This document shows, piece after piece, positions 53,640 through 64,000 of a DNA stretch of 64,000 bases. Source of the DNA: Eledone cirrhosa (Eukaryota); assembly GCA_964016885.1 (NCBI GenBank), contig OZ024755.1:16616001-16680000 (forward strand), given 5' to 3'. A program made the position numbers and the translations under genes. Position 1 is the stretch's first letter. Each line of letters starts with the position of its first letter. The notes below the pieces were generated by a model. It saw only the letters and a list, made by a program, of their open reading frames with translations, was not told the origin of the DNA and made no database searches.

Positions 53640-55243
53640 CTATGCACACATACACACATGTACACACACACACATACATATTAATTATAACGCCATGAAT
53701 ACTTCGGCTGATTAACAGAAAGTTACTCACTGGCCTGAAGGCTATAGACTCTAAACATTGGTGTATTTATATACAATTCTTCATTAGACTATTTATTCTT
53801 TTACTCGTTTCAGTCATTAGGCTGCAGCCATGCTGTGGCACCGCTTTCAAGGGATTTAGGCAGTTATATCAATCCCACTACTTATTTTACTTATTTGATC
53901 TCTTTTTGTCGAACCGCTATGTTATGGAACATGGCGGGAGAATTGTGTGTGTATGTACTGTATATGTACCATAGTATGGCAGGAGAACTATGTGTTTGTA
54001 CTGTAAATAGTATGGCGGTTGAACTATATGTATATACTGTGCATAGTATGGTTGGGAATGTATGTATGTACCAACAGTCGATCGACTTTCGTCAAATTGG
54101 GCCGAGGAAACGATGTTTCCATTGGTCTTTCCAATTGTTAATACTATCTATCGGTTGCAACTCCAGGTAGAAGGAGAACGTGAAATAAAGTGTCTTGCTC
54201 AAGGACATAACGCATCACCCGGTCCGGGAATCAAACTCACAACCTCACACTTGTGAATCCAAATCTCTAACCACTTAGCCACGTGCCTTCACATAGTAAG
54301 TGTGCACTATACATACTATATGTGTGCCATACATAGTAAGTGTGTACCATGCATAGTCAGTGTGTATTATACATAGAAGTGTGTACCACCATACATAGTA
54401 TAGTTAGAAGTGTTTACCACCATACATAGTAGAGTCAGTGTGTATTATACATTACTAGTTTTCAAGTTTGTTATTTGACTGAAGTTTCTTATGTTAATGA
54501 GTTGACATTTAAAAATAAAAAAATAAAAAAATAAAATGTCTATTGGCTGACATTTAAAACCAGCCCCACCTCCACCCCCATAAAAAAAAACACAACACAA
54601 ACACACACACACACACACACAAAAAGCAAGAAATAACCTAAACTGACATCAGTTTGTATAGTGCATGAATTGACATCAGTTGTGTAGTGTCATAGTGCTG
54701 CATGGCAGCGATAAGATGCTGCTGGGTTGATGATGATGATGATAATGTATCAATAGCAACCAAAAAAAAAAAAAAAAAGAGGTCACACCATATGAGGGTC
54801 GAGGGTGGGCTGAAAAGTTCATAGGCTGATAGACTATGGAGGATTGGTGCTAGAGCTGTGAAATCTTGCACGGATTAATTTCAACTCTTATTAATAACAC
54901 ATTGTTTGGTTTTTTTTTTCGTTTTTATTCAGGGACTATGTTATAAAAAAAACAAAAAAAAAAACAAAAAAAATAATTTGGTCATTCCATGAGAGTATTT
55001 TGGTCAGCCTATAAACTTTTCAGTCAACCTGCCAATCCTCATAGATATATATATAGAGAGAGCGAGATATGTAAAATCATGTCCGCAACACCAAGCAGTT
55101 TCAGCTTGTGTGAGACAAGCTGGAACCGCTTGGCACACCGGTTGGGATTTTACATATCTCTATATCCACTCTGCATCTCCCCATGTATTGAGTACTCCCA
55201 TGATTGGTGGTTTCCTTTCTCTCAGCACTGCAGACTCTCTATC

Positions 55244-55281
<38 letters not shown>

Positions 55282-56084
55282 ATCCTACTTCACTACCCAT
55301 TAGAATCCCACGAAGGCACTACATCTATATGGTTGCTCTAACAGCTAGAAATACCACTCAAATCCTCTACAAAATCATTTCATTATTGTCTTTTAATAAA
55401 GTAAAAAAAAGGGGGGGGGGGGAAGGAAAGAGAATATTACATAGTGTAGTCCAACCATTAAAACAATAACCCCAATAGGAGGCTGGTAGCAGTTGGAATG
55501 TCTTTGGTCATAATCTTATTCTTGGAGCTACACAACTCCACAATAACAACAACATCATAAATTTCGTGATGATGATGATGATGATCACTTTAAAACGAGT
55601 ATTTTTATATCATAAACCCAGGGGAGATTTCAAGCAGAGTTGGTATCAAAACAGTTAATGTGGTGGTGGTGGTGGTTTTGTTGTTGTTGGTGATGATGAT
55701 GATGATGATAATGGTTGGTGGTGATGTTGGTGGCAGTGCTATTGGTGATGATGACAATGATGAACAGTTTTTTTATACCATAAAAGCAGGGGTGATTTCA
55801 AGCAGAGTTGGTATCAAAACATCTAGTGCAGTGGTAACAATAGTTCGCTATAAAACACTGTATATTGGTTTATCATTAATTTACAGGAAATAGTTGACAT
55901 AATTTTCTTATTATTGTTGCTCTTCTTCTTTATCCCCTCCCCTCCCCACACACTTTTTTTTAATATATATATTTTATTCACTAAAAAAACGAAAAAATTT
56001 CTAAACATTTTATGTATACTTTTTCTTTTTAAGAAAGTTTTATTTTTCCTAACATGAAATTTTTCTTTTTACTTTTCATTTCAG

Positions 56085-56137
56085 GTTCTGTGGATCCTTC
56101 CAACATAACTTTAGAAGGAGATGATGATGTATTTGAG
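56085..56137 (+). CDS. SPRED: SPRED small internal exon (GSVDPSNITLEGDDDVFE)
   Basis: Strong ttttcatttcAG acceptor and GAG|GTGAGT donor; 53 bp, phase 1 to phase 0, joining the flanking exons in frame. GDDDVF matches the motif that follows EVH1 in SPRED2-like proteins. Confidence 0.9.
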
Positions 56138-56205
56138 GTGAGTTATTACCATTCTAAACATATGTGTGGTATGGAGTAGACTTTCATAGAGATAGCAGTG
56201 ATATA

Positions 56206-56281
<76 letters not shown>

Positions 56282-56647
56282 GAAAGAACCAGTTTAGACC
56301 ATTACACAACAGAGTATTTGATATTTGGGATAGTAGAGTATGGTTATATAATAAAGAGCCCTGGCTCTTTATTATTGATATATATATATATAGTACTCAC
56401 TGTAAATAAGGTTGGTGTTAGGAAGGGCATCCAGCTGTAGAAACCAAGTCAGAATCAGTTCTGTATAAACAAGACATGGTCACCTGACCTAGCATTGCCC
56501 ACAACAGGACAACTCGTCTAACCCATGCTAGCATGGAAGAATGGACATCAAACGGTGATGATGATGATGATGGTAATAATAAATACAAAGAGTATTCGCT
56601 TAGGGTGAAAGCAGAAATCTATTGCTTAAACCTTTAATTTGTACTAC

Positions 56648-56683
<36 letters not shown>

Positions 56684-57118
56684 CACAGTTGCATGATTAG
56701 CTGAATAGTTTGAATCGTCATTGTTTGGTTTCTTAAGTACCAGAATACCAGAGTCGTTAGAACATCAGATTAAATGCCTTTTGGTTTTTGTTCTGGATCC
56801 CTGCATTCTGAGTTGACCTAGGCAGAATTTGAACTCAAATCCTGCCTAGGTCAACTTTGCTTTTCATACTATCAGGGTTTGATAAATAAAATAGCAGTTG
56901 TTGATTTGATCAACTGAACATTCAACTCATGTATTAATGTGTAAGTCATTGAGTATTCCACAGACACGTGTACCCTGTAATGTAATTCTCAGCCAGAACT
57001 ATAGAACTATCATGACACAATATATGACAAATTAGGACCTTTGAATTACTGGTATAATCCACAGTTTAAAGGTTTCTATTAACTCAATTTTACTCACAAA
57101 GCCTGGGTCAATCTGAGG

Positions 57119-57378
57119 CAGGGCTGAACGTTCACTTGCTGTGGCCCTGAGCTATAAGAAATTTGAGGCCCTTTTCTAAAATAATTTGGTAAAAAATTTT
57201 GGTAAAAAAGATTTTAAATAATTACAAAATTAAATTAAATTTATATGATATTTGATGATTTTGTGTTAAAGAATAAAAATTAATGATAAAATAAAAAGAT
57301 ATTTTTTTTAAATGAGGCCCTAAAGAGTGTGTAGCCCTAAGCTATAGCTTATTTAGCTTATAGGTAAGACCAGCACTG
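57119..57378. mobile_element. hAT-type MITE with 8-bp TSD, inserted into a SINE
   Basis: atctgagg|CAGGGCTG ... CAGCACTG|atttgagg; internal gaggccct subterminal repeats. Confidence 0.75.
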
Positions 57379-57874
57379 ATTTGAGGCTATGGTAAAGAAT
57401 ACCAAAGGATCAAAGCTAATGTATTAAGTTACAGTTTTTAAATACTGAAAAAGAGGGACGTGGGAAAGGGAGACAGAGAGTAAATGTCTGTGTTTATAGG
57501 AGAGAGAGTGCTATTTCTTTGTAGAAACAAAATGGCTAACTAAACTTCTAGATGTGGTAGTCATAGTTCTTAAGTTCAAATTTACTGTAAGTATTTTAAT
57601 TTTACATGCTTCACTTTACTATATAGCTGTCAGAAATAGGTACTATATCATCTTGGAATGTTACTTATGGTAGATTAATGTCCTCCTTTTAATGGAACTA
57701 AACATGAAATAGACTGATTTATTCAGACTAGAGACATCATCTTGGTTGTTATAGACACAACATTTCAACCACTGTATTCAATTGTCGCATTTAGTAATGT
57801 TATCAGAATTTTAAACTAAATTCTTTATTTAAACCATAGAAGTAGGTCAAAAGTTATAAGTAATTTTTAATAGA

Positions 57875-58112
57875 GAGTTTGAAAATGCAGTTGGAGTCTT
57901 TAAAAAAGATTTATTTAAAATAACTTTACCAGTTTCACAGTTTAATAATTTTCAAAAGTTAAATGAGATGGAAAGATGTGTGGCTATGTCATGATATACA
58001 TACTCACACATTTTTCAATCTCATTTAACTTTTGAAAATCATGAAACTATGAAACGAGTAAAGTTATTGTAACTAAATCTTCTTAAAATTTCCAATTGCA
58101 TTTTTAACTTCC
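57875..58112. repeat. ~240-bp imperfect palindrome (hairpin MITE-like)
   Basis: Arm ...ttttcaaaagttaaatgagat.gaaa.atgtgtg pairs with cacacatttttcaatctcatttaacttttgaaaa..., extending out to aaaatgca.ttgga/tccaattgcatttt. Confidence 0.8.
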
Positions 58113-58297
58113 TTTTCCTATATATATGCCACAATTGACCTCAATATCTGATGATGATGATGATGATGATTTATTTGTGTTTTGTTATATTTTCTATCTA
58201 AGTTTCTATGTTTCATTATTTTTTTACAATACCGATTGCTAAATTTTTCTCTTTTTTTTTTCTTTCTTCCACTGCATTGTTGTAACCAACTATGCAG

Positions 58298-59197
58298 CCT
58301 ATAGATCTTCCGCGTGACCGTAAAAACAGTTCATCTCAGTCTGCAAGTACCACGTCGACTACAACTAGCAGTCCAGCACTTTGTTCATCACCTGTCTCAT
58401 CAACATCACCAACGCATGAGCATTTCATCGACTCAAACAACAAAAACCATTTGCACCGCATTTACATACCTAGCCTCCACACCCCTTGTACAAATCCAGC
58501 TTCCTCTCCAAGTGAAGAAAAAAGCTTTAGCAAATCTGACAGCATTGAGACTAGCAGTTTTGGAAAAGATGATAACTGTATAAAAGATGAGCCTGTCTCT
58601 ATTAGTGGTAAATCGGAAGTTGGACTTCTAGAGTCGGACAATGTCGGCATGTCGGATAGATACTCTTATGTTACGTTTTCCAAACAACAGAATCATGATT
58701 ACCACTATCCCAGACTTGAGATAGTTCGCAACACTTCAGATCTCAAACGACATGCTGTTAGTAGTCATGGACCCCCATTGCCTGAAAAAAGCAAAAAGAA
58801 AAAAGACCGCCAGAAAGGAAACCATCAAACAAACCGGCTGATTAATCCGATGTCCACTTGTAAATATTGCCAAGAGAGTTTCTCAATGGAAAACAACTCC
58901 AGAGGGAGCTGTCAGTATGCACCTGACCGAGTTAAAAGTTGCATTGAACATATAAGCTGTGTGACATGTGCAACTGGTGTTATCTACCACTGTATGTCAG
59001 ACACAGAAGGGGAGTACACACATACATGCATTTGTGATTTTCAGGACGATAACAATTGTAAAAAATGGACAATGTTGACATTTCTGTCCTTTTTATTACC
59101 GTGCATCTGGTGCTATTGGCCTCTGTTTAGCTGCCATATGTGTGGCAAAAAGTCTGGTTGCTGTGGAGGTCGTCATCTTGCTGGTGGGGAGCATTGA
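58298..59197 (+). CDS. SPRED: SPRED terminal coding exon: Ser-rich linker, YVTF/HDYHYP motif and Cys-rich Sprouty (SPR) domain, stop TGA
   Basis: ORF 58292-59197; CAG acceptor at 58295-58297 after a long pyrimidine tract. The SPR domain CKYCQESF..RGSCQYAPD..SC..C....YHCMSD.EG...C.C...W..L..LSFLLPC..CY.PL..C..CG...CCGGRH is unmistakable. Confidence 0.96.
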   Translation, partial: PIDLPRDRKNSSSQSASTTSTTTSSPALCSSPVSSTSPTHEHFIDSNNKNHLHRIYIPSLHTPCTNPASSPSEEKSFSKSDSIETSSFGKDDNCIKDEPVSISGKSEVGLLESDNVGMSDRYSYVTFSKQQNHDYHYPRLEIVRNTSDLKRHAVSSHGPPLPEKSKKKKDRQKGNHQTNRLINPMSTCKYCQESFSMENNSRGSCQYAPDRVKSCIEHISCVTCATGVIYHCMSDTEGEYTHTCICDFQDDNNCKKWTMLTFLSFLLPCIWCYWPLFSCHMCGKKSGCCGGRHLAGGEH

Positions 59198-59939
59198 GAG
59201 TGGTTACTGCTGTCACCATTCTTGTTACAGTGACAGCAGTAAGTATGATACACACACCTGGTTGCAACAATACTTGCACTTGCGGGGGAAAAAAAACATA
59301 TTATAAGCAGGTGAAAAATCAACACATTGTACAATGAAACAAAGACCATATAGAATGTGCTAATATATAAACACATACACACATGTACACACACACACAC
59401 ACACTGATACATACACACGGTAACAGAAAAAGACAGATATAAAGGAAAATAAAATATAGGATGGTTTGAAAGAAAGAATGTAAGAGAAAAACAGAGAAAG
59501 TGAGAGAATGGGAGAGAAACTGAGAGTCAGAGAACGAGAACGAGAGAAAGTTTTTTTTTTATCTCCTACATTTCCTAAATTGAAGACAGAGAAGCATTTT
59601 TTCCCCACAATAAATAACGTAACAGATTACAAAAAGATGAAGAAGATGTTTGGTATATGTAAAAAGATGAAGGTATTTGGTATATGTAAGAAATAAAGAA
59701 GGTATTTTGGAATAAAATTGAATGAAAATATATGGGAGTGGTTGTGGAAGGGAATCCGAAAGAGTTAAGTAAAGAATACTATAATGAAAAGCAAGAGATG
59801 AAGCAAAAACAAATGTGCGTATATGCATGCGTGTGTATATGTGTGCATGTGTGTGTGTGCATTTGTGTCTGTGTGTATAGATGTGTGTGTATGTATGTTA
59901 CAAGTTATAATGGGAAAAATATGGATATGATAGATACAT

Positions 59940-61285
<1,346 letters not shown>

Positions 61286-61896
61286 GCATTTCTTACAATA
61301 ACAGATGTATACATTGAAACAATACATAAATAGTCACACAGCCACAAATACTCACGTACGTTCATCATTTACGTGTTTGTGTGTGGATATACATGCATTT
61401 AGATATGTACACATATATTCCCTATATAGAAAATACACAGAACTGCATAAATATGTAAGTCTTGTTATGCATCTTACTTTCTAAATTTATATATATACAG
61501 TTACATATTAAATTCACAAGTACCAAGAAAGATAACTTTGTTTTACTTGACATTGATATTATTGGAACTCTTCTCTGTGAAGACGAGTTTTAGTATGTGG
61601 TGTTCCTGAGAAGGGAGAAATAAAGTTCCTGTTTGAGTTTAACAAGTGTAGCGGTTTGCAGTTTTCATTCTTGTTTGGGTTTTAGCTTCGAGTGGCTTGG
61701 AGAGGTATAGAACTCAGACAATATCAATTTATCGTTCATTCGCTATGATCTTTCTGAGTTCTGCTTTCATTTCACCTGAAATATTTTCATTAACTTAACC
61801 ATATCATTTTTGTAATCAAAGATATTAAACGCTTTTTTGTCATTGTCTATCCTCTCCCAGTCACTTTAGCAAAGCCTTTGTGAACAGGGGTAGATA

Positions 61897-61940
<44 letters not shown>

Positions 61941-62489
61941 ACTTTTATACTAGATACTGAAGCCTCTGGTTGTTAAAACCTAATAATATTGATCACTATA
62001 AACTCCTGAAATGAAAACGTTTTTTTTTTTTTTTTTGTACTGTTAAGTCTAGCTAAACTGCTAGAATCAGAATCAATTGGGAAGATTTTGAGCTGTGGAT
62101 AGTGCCAAAGGGAAGTATATATATTATATCAAGTAACAATACACTCTCATCTGCCTTCTGTAGAACCTGTAGTTTTGGAGAATCTGATGATTCCAAATAT
62201 ATTCAGCATATTAACTGCCATATACTGAATGAAGCTTTGACAGTTTCATCCCTGCTTTAATGGAGAAGAAATCAGCTTTGGTTAGATTGTTGGATTCATT
62301 TCAAACCCTGAAAAATGGATTGTGCCACACACACCATAAATTTCATTTCTACAAATCTTATACAAATAAATCAAATAATCACTTAATCTAATATCTCTTT
62401 TGATGAAAGAACACAATTCTAAGAAAGCATTTGTTAATAAATTACACATAAATCTCATACACTGCTCATTTATGCCTTGTCTCTAGTAA

Positions 62490-63130
62490 TTTCAATAAGT
62501 TAAACAAAGGTTCATCTATTGATTGATGTTAAGTGTTAAAGCCTAATCCAGTAAAGCAAGCTAAATGACAGCTCACCATTGATGTTTGTGTTAGCATATT
62601 GTCCTAGTAAGTTCAATAAGCTAAATGGCAGCTCAACTACTGATGCTAGTGTGAGTAACTTAATCTACTAAGTTCAACAATCTAAATGAAGGCTCATCTA
62701 TTGAACTAATGTTAGCAGCCTAGTTTAATAAAATTCAACAATCTAAATGGTTCAATTATTGATACTATTGTTATGAGCCTAGTTTAGTTACATTTGATAA
62801 GCTAAATGATGGCTCATCCATTGATACTAGTGTGAAAGGTCTAGTGAACTAAGTTCAACAATCTAAATGATGTCTCATCTGTTGATACTAGTGTTAGCAG
62901 CCTAGTTTAGAAAGTTCAACAATCTAAATGATGGCTCAACTACTGATATTACTGCTAGTAGCCTAGTCTAATTAGTTCAACTATCTAAATGAAGGCTCAT
63001 CTACTGATACTTAGCAGCTTAGTTCAGTAAAGTTCAACAAGCTAAACGACAATGTATTTATTGATACAAGTAAAGTAAGACTAATGTAGTAAGACTAGTG
63101 TAGTCATTTCAAACAATCTAAATGAAAGCT
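62490..63130. repeat. Degenerate ~60-bp tandem repeat, ~10 copies
   Basis: Recurring aagttcaacaatctaaatga.ggctcatcta.tgatactagtgtt..cagcctagt. Confidence 0.8.
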
Positions 63131-64000
63131 CAATTTGGGGACCTATAGATAGTTAGTGTTAATATGCCTTGCATTGATATATCAGTTTAGATTTCAACAT
63201 TTCTTTTAGTAAAAACTACTGGTTATGAAAACGTGTAATTGCTGGCTGAAGAAAAAGAAAAGAAAACGAATTTTGGAGGATTGATAAATTATCAAATTTA
63301 AATTATATTTGAAATTGAAATCTTAGATCTAATGATAAAACATTTTTTATCCAGAATAAAAGCTTCCAAACTCATGGATTCCTTTTTATAGGTACGTTGA
63401 AGTGAAGAATTTCTCAGTCAATAAAATTGTTGATTGAAGAAGACCACTACATCAAATCTGATTTTAATTCATATCTTTTTCTTTAGTATGCATCTGTTTT
63501 CTTATTCTTACATGCTTGCTGTCACATACTTAATGCAATAGCTAATTATATACAAACACAAACACCACACACACATACATACATATATATATATCTATCT
63601 ATATGTGTGTATACATACTTATGCAAATATGTTTATAAACATATTTCTCAGTATTTATATATGCATAAATATGCAGTTACACATAAATATAAGCAAACAT
63701 ACATACATAGCTAAGTATATGCATATATATGTGCATACACATGAAAACATGTTTGTGAACATATTTGTGTGGTTTTATATGTGCGTAAATATTTAGATAC
63801 ACAACTACATACATGCATGTGTATATACATACATGCATACATACATACATACATCATACATACTACATACACAGAAGCATAGATTTATATATAAACATGC
63901 ATGATTACATACATACAAGCAGAGATATAAAAGCCTATATTTATATACACACACATTATATATATATATATATATATATTCATATATATGAACAAGCATA

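Noticed and set aside
58292-58297. In-frame ATG as start of a stand-alone 301-aa Sprouty gene
   Set aside because: ATGCAG is the end of the intron (pyrimidine tract plus CAG); upstream EVH1 and GDDDVF exons splice in frame.

Overview
AT-rich, microsatellite-laden animal genomic DNA. The SINE/RTE repertoire resembles that of octopod cephalopods, but the species is an inference. One protein-coding gene is supported: the last three coding exons of a SPRED (Sprouty-related, EVH1 domain) gene on the + strand (19564-19732, 56085-56137, 58298-59197; 373 codons plus stop), with a ~36 kb intron. Its 5' exons were not found and probably lie upstream of the window. Nearly all other ORFs in the track are microsatellite or minisatellite artefacts. 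The introns hold tRNA-derived SINEs, RTE LINE 3' fragments, MITEs (TTAA/piggyBac-type, mariner-type, hAT-type) and many minisatellites. The most notable hidden signal is a dense set of short elements, mostly in or beside (TA)n tracts, that carry type I hammerhead ribozyme motifs (CUGANGA...GAAA...UH, often with a short palindromic stem III). They fall into at least six sequence-distinct families, on both strands, from apparently intact to decayed. Several are folded back into inverted repeats centred on or next to the ribozyme's own helices, consistent with Penelope-like element pseudo-LTR relics. A CpG-retaining zone inside the long intron (~45-53 kb) suggests a hypomethylated regulatory region. 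All structures were derived by eye; no folding or database search was run.
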